Source of the DNA: Raja brachyura
Lineage: Eukaryota
DNA: 64,000 bases
Assembly (NCBI GenBank): GCA_963514005.1
Contig: OY740784.1
Coordinates: 100,254,001 to 100,318,000, forward strand
Direction: 5' to 3'
Position numbers and translations under genes: made by a program. Each line of letters begins with the position of its first letter. Positions within the stretch are counted from its first letter, which is position 1. Below are positions 24,870-37,289 of this stretch, piece after piece. The notes below the pieces were generated by a model, which saw only the letters and a list, made by a program, of their open reading frames with translations, was not told the origin of the DNA and searched no databases.

Positions 24870-25600
24870 AATACTGCTCTGGGGTGTGTTGTGGCACAGG
24901 GAGTTCCAGGACTGCAGGTACATACTGTAGTTCCTTGAAGGTGGTGTCACAGGCAGATCGGGCAGTCAAAAATGCTTTTGGCACATTGACCTTCATCAGT
25001 CAGAGTATTGACTATAGAATTCATGTTGCAGTTATACAAATCATTGGTGAGGCCCCATTTAGAGTATTGTGTTCAGTTCTGTGCACCGTGTTAACAGGAA
25101 AGATTTTGTAAAACTGAAAGGGTACAGAGAAAATCTATGAGGATATTGCCAGGACTGAAGAGTCTGAGCTATAGGGAGAGGTTGAGCAGGCCAAGTCTCT
25201 ATCCCTTGAAATGCAGGAGAATGAGGGATAATCTTATAGAGGTGTGTAAAATTATGAGAGGAATAGATTGGGTATACACACAGAGTCTCTTGCCCAGAAC
25301 AGGGGAATCGAGAACCAGAGGACATATGTTTACGGTTAAGGAGGATTTTAATAGGAATCTGAGGGGTAACCTTTTCATACAAAGGGTGGTGGGTGTGTGG
25401 AAAGAGCTGCCAGAGGAGGCAGTGAAGGCAGGAATTATTGCAACATTTAAGAAATAATTGGACAGGTACGTGGATTGGACAGGTTTAGAGGGATATGGGA
25501 CAACCGCAGGCAGGTGAGACTCGTGTAGATGGGACATGTTGGTCGGTGTGGCGAAGTTGGGCCGAAGGGCTTGTTTCCATGCTGTTTGACTATAACAATT
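24870..25600 (+). mobile_element. CR1 3' fragment
   Basis: RILPGLKSLSYRERL...RTRGH...FIQRVVGVWKELPEE; 3' UTR GGGCCGAAGGGCTTGTTTCCATGCTG. Confidence 0.9.
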
Positions 25601-26214
25601 ATAGAAAGTTACATTACAAACAGCAACTCTGCCTATCAATTCCATGCTGGCTAAACTGAACCAGTTATAAATAATACTTAAATGTAATGTCATTTTTTTG
25701 GCAATGAACATTTCAGGAAAATACTTCCCGTTTCATGGCATTCTTTTAATAAAAAAATGCAAAATTAATTCAAATAGTAATTAACGTAATTGGTATTTCC
25801 TGTGGCTGAGATTTTAAACTCAGTTAATAATTTGAAATATCATGTATTTGACCAGAACCAATAGGTATTGGGCTCATAGCTGCAAAGTGGAAACAACATG
25901 AGTAGATAAACATTGTCAGCTGCCGATGCTTCATATGTTTTGCTGCAATGTTTGCTCATTATATTCCACTTCTGAAAATTGTGTAATTGAAGTCCATGGA
26001 CTGATGGCAGTCTCTAAAAATGTACTGTCCTAAATGTGGCTGAGAATTATACTCCAACAAACTAATGTCACTGCAGTGCAAAACAACAGTCCATCATCAA
26101 CATTCCATCCCCAGGCAATCAGGGAAGAATTAAACTAAAGTACAATATGCTCTGTGGCTGAGCATAGGACTGGATTATAAATTTCCAAATATTTTAGTCA
26201 GAAATTCCCCTCGA

Positions 26215-27160
26215 CAAGGTCAAGAGAGTCAAGAGTCAAGAGTGTTTCATCGTCATATGTCCATGATAGAACAATGAGATTCTTATTTGCAGCAGCAAAA
26301 AGGATTTCCAAGGACTCATTGTAATAAACCCAGTGACTCACCATTCCCAAAGGCAAAGGAAACATTTTTTCAGCATCCACCATGTCAAAGATGTTTCATT
26401 GAAGCGACCTCTTATTCCTTTGAATTCCATTATATGCCAAATCCATTTAGCTTTGTATTCCTTTGCAGATTTCTTGTCCATTACTTAATCTGTCTATATC
26501 GTTTTGCTAGCTCCAGATGTCCACATCACAGTTTATTTTCCCACCTAGCTTTTAATTATCAGTAGATTTGCCTATTGACCATCACTCATGGACATGAATA
26601 GGCATTGGTAATGGTTTATTATTGTTACATGGACTGATATACAGTGAAAAACATGGTTTTGCATGCTCTTCAGTCAAATCATACCAAATATGAATACAAT
26701 CAAGCCATATGCAAGAACAACAGATATAGCAAAGAGAAAAATAACCAGAATGCAGAATATAGCATTAAAGCTACAAAGGGTAGCTTCAGCATCGAGAGCC
26801 TCGATCGCCTCGACGCAGCGGGAGAATAAGCAAGGAAGAGATAAGACTTTTTGCCTTCCATCTCAGTGAGGAGGTACCTGGAGATTCACTGTGATGGATG
26901 TTTGTGTTAAATTGTGTCCATTGTGTGTTTTTTGTTGCTTTTTTTCTGTCATGACTGCAAGGTACGCAATTTCGTTCAAATTTGAATGACAATAAAGGAA
27001 ATTCAATTCAATTCAAAAATGCTACATTTAAGTTTTGTATTAACTTATTTTATTGCAGATCATAAATCTAATCATAAATCTAATGACTACAGAAACTTAA
27101 TTTTGTTTGAACCTCAATGAGGTTCAAATGACAATAAATGGTATTGTATTGTATTGTAAT
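26215..27160. mobile_element. Cluster of Rex1/Babar-type 3' tails and derived short repeats
   Basis: AATTTCGTTC...AATGACAATAAA followed by short tandem tails (AATTC)n and (TATTG)n; (CAAGAGT)n tail in reverse orientation at 26220. Confidence 0.55.
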
Positions 27161-27584
27161 GATAGCATGTTTGGTTTAACTTTGTTGTCTGTCCATTAAC
27201 CTCCTCAATCCATGCAGTGTAATCTCCGGGATCGCATCTCACAAACTGCCCAGACACACCAGATCTATTGCTTCTCCCTTTGCAATTCAGCTAGTTACAA
27301 CAAAAACTCAAACAAATTTAAGAAAGACTTCATTAACACATGGTTTTCTAATTGTCCCATTATTACCATGTTCATTATAGATTCAAGCATTTTCCCTATT
27401 ACTGAAATATAGGTAATTAATCTTTGGGTCCTTGTTTTACCTCTGTCAGAATGTCAGGCTATATTTGCTATCTTCCATCATTGGGACCGTTTAAAATCAA
27501 GGGAAAAAAAAGAAACTGCTGGAAGGACTCAGCAGCTCAAACAGCATATGTGACTTTAAAGGAATGGTTAATGTTTCAGGTGAA

Positions 27585-29372
27585 GATCACAAGGTCATAA
27601 GATCATAAGTGATAGGAGAAGAATTAGGCCATTCGTCACATCAAGTCTATTCCGCCATTCAATCATGGCTGATCTATCTCTCCCTCCAAACCCCATATTC
27701 CTGCCTTCTCCCCATAACCTCTGACACCTGTACTAATCAAAAATATATTTATCTCTGCCTTAAAAATATCCACTGACTTGGCTTCTACAGCCTTCTGTAG
27801 CAAATAATTCCACAGATTCCCTGCTTTCTCTACACGACCTGCCCTTCCACCTATTTTCGTACCATCCACAAACTTGGCCACAAAGCCTTCGATCCCCTCA
27901 TCCAAATCATTAATATACAAAGTGAAGAGCAGTGGCCGCAGCACCGACCCCTGCAAAACACCGCTAGTCACTGCAGCCAACCAGAAAAAGCCCCATTTAT
28001 TGCCACTCTTTGTCTTCTGCCATCCAGCCAATCTGCTATCCATGCCGGTATCTGCCCTTTGATACAATGGGCTCTCATCTTCCTTAGCAGCCTCACGTGT
28101 GGCACATTATGAAAGGCTTTCTAAAAATCAAAGTGAGCAACATCTGCTGATTCTCCTTTGTCTGTCCTGCCATTTACTTCTTCAAAGAATTCCAGCAGAT
28201 GTGTCAAGCAGACCTCCCCATCACAAAGCCATGCTAACTTTGGCCTATTTTATCATTTTTTAAGTAATCCATAACCTCATACTTTTCAATCTTACCAACC
28301 ACCGAAGTCAGACTAACCAGCCTATTATTTGCACTATTCTCCTTTTCTCCCTTCTTGTGCAGCAGGGTAATATTGGCAATTCTCCAATCATCTGGGAAAC
28401 GCTCCTGTCTCTAGTGATCCTTGACATATCACTGTCAATGCTTCTACAATCTCTAAAGCCACCTCTTTCAGAACACTAGGGTGCAGTCCATCTTGTCCAG
28501 GTGACTTATCCACCTTCTGTCCTTTCAGCTTCCCAAGTACCTTTTCCCTAGTAATATCCACTCCACCAAGTTCCATCCCTGACTCTCTTGAATTTCAGGC
28601 ACATTGCTGGTATCTTCCACTGTGAAGACTGTTGCATAAAAGTTATTCAGCTCCTCTGCCATTTCTTCATTCCCCATTATCACATCTCCTGCCCAACTTC
28701 CACTCTAGCCTCTTTATATAACTGAAGAAACTCTTGCTATTCTCTTTTATATTATTGGCCATCTTACCTTCATATTTCATCTTTTCTCCCCATATTGCCT
28801 TTTTAGTTACCTTCTGTTGTTCTTTCAAAGCTTCCCAATCCTCTGGCTTCCCATTAATCTTTGCTATGTTATACACCTTCTCTTTTAGTTTTATACTGTC
28901 CTTGACCTCCCTTGTCAGCCACGGTCGCCTCTTTCTCCCCCTGGAATCTTTCTTCGTCTTTGAAATGAAAAGACCCTGCATCTTCCAGATTATTCCCTGA
29001 AATTCCTGCTATTGCTTTTCCACCATCACCCCTGCTAGGGTACCTCTCCAGTCAAATTTGGCCACTCCTCCCTCAGGCCTCTGTCTGTAGTCCCCTTTTC
29101 TCAGCTGCAATACTGACACATATGATTTCGCCTTCTCCCTCTCAAATTGCAGATCATGTTGTGGTCACTAGCTCCTAATGGTTTCATCACCTTGAGTTTC
29201 CTTATCAAATCCGGTTCATTATATAACACTAAATCCTGAATTGCCTTTTCCCTGGAAGGTTACAAGCAGCTCTAAGAATCCATCTCAAAGGCACTCTACA
29301 AATTCCCTTTCTTGGAGCCCAGTACCAACCTGATTTTCCGAGTCTACTTGAATATTGAAATCTCCCATAACC
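27585..29372 (-). mobile_element. CR1 LINE ORF2 with internal deletions
   Basis: [59 protein letters not shown]. Confidence 0.9.
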
Positions 29373-29389
29373 TCAAAATTCTCCCATGC

Positions 29390-30190
29390 TGATCCTACAT
29401 CAGCATTGAAAGGGAAGACGGAAGGTAGCCAATATAAAGAGAGGAGGAGGGTTAAGGCAGGCTTGTGTGGGTGACTGGTAGACCAAGGAGGGGTGAAGGA
29501 TAATGGACAGTTGGAAACTGGTGGGAGAAGAAGAGGGGTGGATTTGGAGACAGAGGTGGGTGATATGTGGAAGTTGACAAGGAAAAAATAAAAAGCAGAT
29601 TCAAGGGACTGCAAATGTTGGGGTTACCTGAAATTGAGCATGTTCAAATCATTCAGTTGTGGACTAGAAAATTGGGCGTTGCCCCTCTAGTTTATGGTAG
29701 CCCTTACCCTGGCTGTGGAGTAGCTTGATGATGGGCTGGTTGGAGTGGGAATTGGAAAAGGAGTTGAAATGGCATGCATCTGGAAACACCAGATACCTAT
29801 TGAGGTGCGAGTGCAGGTGTTCTGCAAACTGGTTACAAAATCAGTGCCTGGATTTGTCAGGGCAAAGAACAGTTGCAGACAAAGTTGAAGAGTCATGTGA
29901 ATTGTTGCCTTACTTGGAAGGGGCATTTAGCTCTCTTTATATTGGAGGCGGAGGAGCTGTTGGGACAAATATTGGATCTCCTATCCTTGTAGGGAAAAAT
30001 GCCAGGGGTCAGGGAAAGGTGGGGTGGAGAGGGTTCAGCATGTCTGGGATTCACAAAGAGAATGATCCCTGGGTAAGTTGGAGAAGGGAGTAGAGGGGAA
30101 GGTGTGGTTCATGATGGGATCCCAAAGCAGTGAAGCTAGTAGGGTGAAAGGTGAGCACCAGAGGAACTCTATCTCTGTTCTCAGAGAGGT
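29390..30190 (-). mobile_element. Decayed Penelope-like fragment
   Basis: [16 protein letters not shown] and a degenerate GIY-YIG C-terminus on the minus strand, homologous to 61100-61700. Confidence 0.7.
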
Positions 30191-30581
30191 AACAATGGAC
30201 AAAGTCAAACGTCATGGCCCACAGGTGGCCAGAGCGCAGGTGTGGGTCATTGGTGGCAGTGGCACCGCCACCTGAAAACGGCCGAGGAAGCTGTGTGGGC
30301 CAGCGGTGGTGGCAGAAGGGCTGGCTTGTATTTGCAAGGGAGGTGACGCGAGCTGGAGAAGGCATGGGAAGCTGCGGTAGGTTAGTCGTCAAAAATCAAA
30401 ATCTAAAACTAAAACCAAAATCTGTTATAGAGGTCCGTTAACATGATGGTTTACTGTATACACATTTCCATTCCCCCTGCCCTTGCTTCAGCCTGCACAT
30501 TTTACTTTAGGTGCTTACATATGTCCTCATGCCGTCAAACCATCCCTTAATGGGAACAACTTTTATCTATTTACTCCAACT

Positions 30582-31062
30582 AAGTCAAAAGTCAAAGTCA
30601 AAGTCAAACAAACTTTATTGTCATTTAGAAATACATTGATATATGCAGTTCCAAACGAAATTACGTTGCATTTGGCTCTCTGTGCAACACGATAAATTAA
30701 CAGAAGGATAGGCATGGATAAAAAGGATAAAAGGATAAATAGACAATGGTGGCAGCCCATTACATGGCATTCAGGAGTCTGATGGCTCGTGGGAAGAAGC
30801 TGTTGCAGAACCTTGATGTTCTGCTCCTTATGCTGCGATATCTTTTTCCCGAGGGCAGCAGAGTGAACAGTCCATGATGGAGATATGTGGGGTCTTTTAT
30901 AATACTGCTGGCCTAGACACGCAACGTTTGGTCGCAATATCCCCGATTGAGGGGAGAGAGGTCCCGATGATTTTTTCCGCTGTCCTCACCACTCTCTGCA
31001 CAGACTTCCAGTCGGAGGCTTTACAGTCCCCAAACCAGACAGAGATACAGCTGGTCAGAATA
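30582..31062 (-). mobile_element. Rex1/Babar LINE 3' end
   Basis: ILTSCISVWFGDCKASDWKSVQRVVRTAEKIIGTSLPSI; 3' UTR AATGACAATAAA plus (TTTGAC)n tail. Confidence 0.88.
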
Positions 31063-32130
31063 CCAGAGCCACAACTAAGCCACATGATCTTGTACACCAC
31101 TATCAAATCTATCTCATTATACTTACTAAGTAGAACAACCTTCAGATCCTCCAGTCTTAACGTTGTAGCTAGAATCTATTATCCTCGGGAACTTTTCTTG
31201 TAAAACTACTATGCCTGCTCTCTAGAGACATTGCATCCTTATAAAGCGCAGTAACCAGAGTTGGATGCAATATCACAGCTGTGACCAAACCTTTGTTTGA
31301 TAAAGGCTCAACATAAACTCTCTGCCTTGTTACAACCTCTCTTTACAAAGATTGGATTCTCTGACAAATGAATCGTCATTTGAAGTAATATATTTGAAGT
31401 AATCTTCATGCAAAATGTTGTTTATTTGCAGAATGCATGAACAGACAGGATGGTGGAAAAAGTGTTCATTCTTTGCTGAATGCAGCATACCACTCACACA
31501 TACAGCCTGTTGTCCCCAAATCTTGCAATTAATTGTTTTAGTTACACAAAGCCAATCTCTCCAGTTGAGAGCCAATGGTTTAGGTTTAGGTTTATAATTG
31601 TCACGTGTACAGAGGTATAATGAAAGCTTTGCTTTGCATGCTATTCAATCAGATCAGATAATACTATATACAAATACAATCAAGTCAAACTCAAGTGCAA
31701 TAGAAACATAATGCAGAATATTGGTGTGACAATGCCTGCAACCAGGGTACCAGGCAAGATGTAATTTGGTCACCATGGTGGGCCAGGCCAAGCCCTGCCT
31801 CCAAGGCAACCTACCAAATTGTCAGCAATATCTCCACCTTTGCCTTGGGTCAATTTTTTGGAGGCATTAAGTGGGGTCCCGGTGGGAATAGTGGAGAGGT
31901 CGGTGTGGCAGTCGATGAAGGCGTTGACCTGCGGACGAGGACAGAGCACTTGGGAATGAGGACGCTGCTGACGGGGGGAGTAACAAAGGAGGACCCGGCG
32001 TGGGGGGACTGGCGTGAGGGTGGCGGGAAGGGGAAGGCAGGAATCAATTGAAATTAAATTAAGAATAAAAAAATTATTAATTTTGAGATTAAATATAAAT
32101 TATGCAAGATCTATAAGAAAATACAATGGT

Positions 32131-32312
32131 CTTCTTCTTATTGAGTCAACACATAAGATTAGAAGTGGTTCAGCCAGAGCTGAACACACTTCCCGGCATC
32201 TGCGTACAATGGTATCTGTCTTGCGCTTCTTGTGCTCCTTGTGCTCCTTGTGCGTGGTGGTGGAAAGATTGGTGGAAACAGGGCCGCGATGTGAACACTC
32301 TTTCCTTGACCC
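32131..32312 (-). mobile_element. 182-nt non-autonomous retroposon headed by an HDV/CPEB3-like ribozyme, with (GAA)n tail
   Basis: Minus strand starts GGGTCAAGGAAAGA and ends AATAAGAAGAAG; TGGT duplicated at 32127-32130 and 32313-32316; internal (GCACAAGGA) repeats. Confidence 0.75.
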
Positions 32313-32313
32313 T
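32262..32313 (-). ncRNA. Putative HDV-like (CPEB3-type) ribozyme, minimal form lacking P4
   Basis: (A)GGGUC-AA-GGAAAGA-GUG-UUCACAU-CGC-GGCCCU-GU-UUCCA-CCAA-UCUUUCC: perfect 7-bp P2, P3 GUG/CGC, L3 UUCACAU, P1 6 bp. Confidence 0.75.
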
Positions 32314-34234
32314 GGTTCAACTGTGTAAGTGTAGGTGAATCATTGTGAGGTGATAACCTGGCATTTGTGTTTGAGTGTGTAGGGTCCAAAACATTCTGTA
32401 CTTACAGTTGTCAACGTGATTGTTTGATGTGCAACAATCAACATTTATAAGCAATATACACCCCACGACTTCTTGATAACTTAAACCATATAATTAAAAG
32501 GGACAATTTTTAGAGAAAAATTAGCAATTTGAGATGACATTGTGTGTTCTTTTAATGAATCAACAGTGAATTAATGGGTGGTGTTGCCCCCTTCTGTGCT
32601 GGAAGATTCTATGATCATCTCCAGGCCTGTCACTTACCGAATATATTTTTGTTTAATGGCTTTTTCTATTTTAAATATCTGTGTTGAATTATTTTACAGT
32701 TATAGGTTTAATTTATTTCATTTTTGCATGAAATGGTAGGTGGCTTAACAACAATGCACCTGGAGGCAATGGTAAATTTGAGAGACAATCTGGAGATAAT
32801 AATATAATTCTTCATTATATATATTTATATCACTTGCATTAAAAGCATTGCCTTTTTACGTAGCTTCTTTTCAAGTAATGTTTGTTACACAAAGTTTAGC
32901 CTTCCAGGCTTTTTACAATCAGCTCTCCTAATCCGATGTATTGATTTTATTACCTCTTGCTCCAAACTAAGTACACACTGTAGTAAATTTAATCAGAATG
33001 TAATGTCTGGTACTCTGTTCCACCAATTCAGTCTCAACTAAAAACTAGATCAAGTTGAGCCTCTTAATCGGCTTTCAAGCTCGAGGAACTGACCTGAAAT
33101 AGCCTCAGTAATATATATTTTGTGTTCAAATAACTCGATTTTCGTTCTACTTTAGTTCAGAATAATTATGTCTTGCAGTTTTACAGTGTACTCTGTCATG
33201 TGTTAATATTCTGTTATGAAATCCCTGTCATTTTATCAGAGATAGAATGAAAAGTATTTGTGACAGTTTATCACAAATATCTCATTGAGATTTCATTAAC
33301 CTCATGCTCTTTTAGAATCATGATGAGGAGTTTCTTTGAAAATGGGAATACCCAATGCTACTGTGACTTCTAACACTATGGAATGGAAACTCGAACTGAA
33401 GGAATGCCTCAACATTGCTCACATCTGCACTAGAATCAAAATTGTAATACTATTGCCATGCTACCAAAAAAAAATTCTAACATCCTTGCCATAATTCCAT
33501 ATACATTGTGGTATCTTGCTGTGACCTCCATGATGCGTTTTTTCCCCCCAGAAAATTCTGTAAATGAGATATCGGAGAAGGAAACTGAGGTGATCCTTCC
33601 TGCTAGACAGACTTTGACCTGAAAATGAAATTGCAGGACAACAGAGTGTTGCAGCAAATGAGCGGCAAGCCAGCTGCATCTGAATGAATTTGAGTAATCT
33701 CTGAGCGTGTTACAGCTCAACAATATCCATTAGATACAGCTTTTTCTACACAGTAAACCTATTATCATACAGAACACTTCATTTATCATTAATTTCCATC
33801 ACTGAATTCATACACAACCCCATATTTTCTGCTTGGCAAAATATTTATAAATCAATCACTAAAATCATAAATAGATTTTGATCAAAAACCATTAATAGTC
33901 CTGGATTTTTATAAATGCATTGTCATTTGTTTTATCGCTAGGTACCCATTGTTTTCTTCTTTCCAGCCAATCTGTTTAAACAGTTCCAAATACCACTTAG
34001 AGGTGCAACATTCCAGAAAGGCTTCACTATTCTTTAGGAAGCTCATCGCAGAGTGAATTATTTGATTATTATTAAAGTCAAATTTGGTCTGAGCTTACTG
34101 CAGTGGATGGGGTGCATGCTCCTATAAATAGTAGGTGGTTCTTAGGCAATGGCTCCGCATTTTCATCTTTTCTGCTAAATTCTGTTATTTCTGGTATTTT
34201 TGCATGGCTTTCCAATCAAGTAATATCAAGCCAG

Positions 34235-34675
34235 AAGATAGACACAAAGTGTTGGAGTAACTCAGCAGATCAGGCAGCATCTCTGGAGAAAATGGATGGG
34301 TGAAATGGATGGACGGGAAGGGAATGGAGGGGTATGGTCTGAGTGCAGGTAGATGGGACTAGAGGAAAATAAATGGTCGGCACGGACTGGAAGGGCCGAG
34401 AAGGCCGGTTTCCATGCTGTAATTGTTATATGGTTATATGGTTATATGATATTATACCAGCATGTGCAGTTCCTTTCTACACAATTAAGCCAGGATTTAT
34501 TGAACATCTCAAATCAGATGGAAATCATATAATTCCTGACAAGATGCAAAGGTTTTTCTCAGAAAGATTGGAACCAATAACAGAAGAAAGGTCTCGACCC
34601 AAAACTTCACCCATTCATTCTCTCTAGTGATGCTGCATGTCCCGCTGAGTTACTCCAGCTTTTTGTATCTATCTG
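34235..34675. mobile_element. Inverted Penelope terminal fragments flanking a CR1 3' tail
   Basis: GATAGACACAAAGTGTTGGAGTAACTCAGC and its inverse ending ~34673; CR1 tail at 34305-34447 ending (ATATGGTT)n; degenerate hammerhead at 34581. Confidence 0.65.
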
Positions 34676-35399
34676 CAGAATATTGAATATCATTAACTTG
34701 TTTGAGAACAGGCATAAATTACGAGCGCATCTTAATCCTTGGGGAAGAGCTTTGAATATCCTGTAAATCTTAAATGATTTGTGTCCTTAAGATTTCATTT
34801 TCAGTGTTACTTTTAGACATTACTTTAGACTTCAGAAACAGACTTTTTGGCCCACTGAGTCTGAGTCGACCAGCAATCACCCCACACACCAAGACTATCC
34901 TACATACTAGGGAAAATTTACAATTAGCAGAAGCCTGCTATTTCCAAGTCCTCTCCATCTCAATCTATTTGTATTGAAAAATATCCATGGGCCTCTTTGA
35001 CCTTGGTTAAACTATGGGATTTGTCAACTTGAGTTTGATGGTGTCCAGGTCATTTCCAAATAAAATTAATGCTTAGCTAATTTCTATCCAGATTTCTTTG
35101 ACTTTTAGTTGAAGACATGCCTCTGATGTAATTTCCATGGGGAAAATGTCAGAAAGGGGATTTGATATCCAATACAATTTATTTGTTTCTTGCGATGTAA
35201 CCTATGCAGATCGGGGAGCTGAGTTTAATACCGAGATTTACTTTACTGCACTCTAATTATTTGGTTCCCTAAATTGTATAGTTTAAATGCAGAACAAGGT
35301 ACACTAGCTGCCATTGTTTGCTTATTAACTTTGAGTTGATTAAACATCACTGCACACTGGTACGTTTTAACCACAGTGCAGAATATAGTTTTATGGCAT

Positions 35400-35790
35400 T
35401 TTAGCATGGCAGATACAGGGAAAATGTGCAAGGTCCAAAACTAGTTAGGTTGCGAATTAGGACTGTACCTAAGCTTATGGGAGGGCTGTCCAGTACTCTG
35501 ATAACAGCAGAAGAAGCTGTTCCTGAATCTGATGGCAAATGCTTTCAAGAAGTTTAGTTTTTTTTACTTTAGTTTAATTCAATTTATCGTCACATATACC
35601 AAGGAATAGTGAAAAGCTTTTGTCGCATGCTAACCAGTCAGCGGAAAGACAATACATGATTACAATCGAGCCATTCACAGTGTACAGATACATGATAAGG
35701 GAACAATGTTTAGTGCTAGATAAAGCCAGTAAAGTCCAAGTTAGATAGTAGTTCAGGACTGCTCTCCAGTTGCGGGAGGATGGTTCAGTC
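35400..35790 (-). mobile_element. Rex1/Babar-type 3' tail fragments
   Basis: GAAGCTGTTCCTGAATCTG and GTGAAAAGCTTTTG...CATGCTA motifs, the latter shared with 31580-31720. Confidence 0.5.
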
Positions 35791-37289
35791 AGGCATGGGA
35801 ATCGCTGTCAAAACCTGTGGGGGACACAATTTCTTGGCGGTCGTGCGCTTGCGCACACATGCAAGGCTTTGGCAGTGGGGCCCTGTGGACGGTAACTTCG
35901 GGAGCTGACCTGGTTGGTGACCGACTATGAACTCCAGCAACGGCAGCTTCATCCGTCCCGAATCGTGGGGCTTGAATCGGCTGGCGGGGCTTCAACATCA
36001 GGATCACCTTGATGCGGAAGTTTGATTTTAAGCCACGCCAGGGCACTGAAAAGCCCTGCAAACAGGCCAATGCAGCCCTTAGAAAGAGGCTAATAAAGTG
36101 CGGATGACAAAACATTGGGGGGGGGGGGGGCGGGACAATCCTGAGGCTTTTTACACATACATCAAAAACAGGGCAATCCGGGAGAAAGTAAGATTGCTCA
36201 AGGATAAAGAAGAACATTTATGCTTCGGGTCAGAGGATAAATGAGGTATTAAGTAAGTACTTTGCATTTGTATTCTTCAAGGAGAGGGACATGGAGGACA
36301 GTCATATCAATGTGGGGAATACCAATGTGCCAGGGCAATTTAAGATCAGGAATATAATGGTGTTGGAGCTCATGAAGAGCATTTAATTGGATAAATCTCC
36401 AAGGGCCTGACATGATCTATCCCAAGTTATTGAGAGACAAGAGCAGGAGATTGCAGGGGTCTTGATGAAGATCTCTATTTCTTTTCTAGCCACACGAGGT
36501 CCTGGAGGACTGGAGACTAACCAACATATTCCTTTGTTTAAGAAGGGAAGTAGATATAATCCAGGAAATTATAGGCTGCTGAGCTTCAATAAAAGCTACT
36601 GGGGGGGATTCTGTGGGATAGGATATACTCAAATTTGGAAGTGAATTTGGCTTATTAAAGACTATCACTTGGTTTTGTCCATGGCAGGCTATGCCTTGTG
36701 AACTTAAGTGGATTTTCTGAGGTCACAACAATGATCAATAAAGGTATAGGCAGTGCATGTTGTCTGCATAGATTTTAATAAGGCACTTGTAATGATGTTA
36801 TTTCAGGATATGGTCCAAATACAGGCAAATTGGCCTATCATAGAAGGGGCTTTTTAATTTGACATGGACGTCGGGCTTAAGGACCTGATTCCCTTCTATG
36901 ATTGTATGACTACTTGATAAAGTCCTTCATGGTAGGCTGTTCCAAAAGATCAAAAGATGCATGGAATCCACAGTGACTTGGTGATTTGAATTTTACTTCG
37001 GAGTCACGTGAGTGACTTCGTGAAGACCCCGCCAGGCACGCATGCGCGACATATCGTCGACCGCATGCGAGCGACAGGCAGGGAGGAGCGTTGCTCCTCT
37101 ACTGCTGGGACCTGCAGGTAAGTAAAACACTAACCTGCGGTCTTTTTCTTCTAGGTGGCCCTGTCGCAGGGTCTCGAGGCCGCCTCGGATCTGACTGCTG
37201 CGGCAGTCAGCGGCGGCTCCAATAGTTGGAGTCGGGAAGCCCGTTGACCCAGGAGGGTCCGGGCTCACACACTCGCCGGCGGAGGACGG

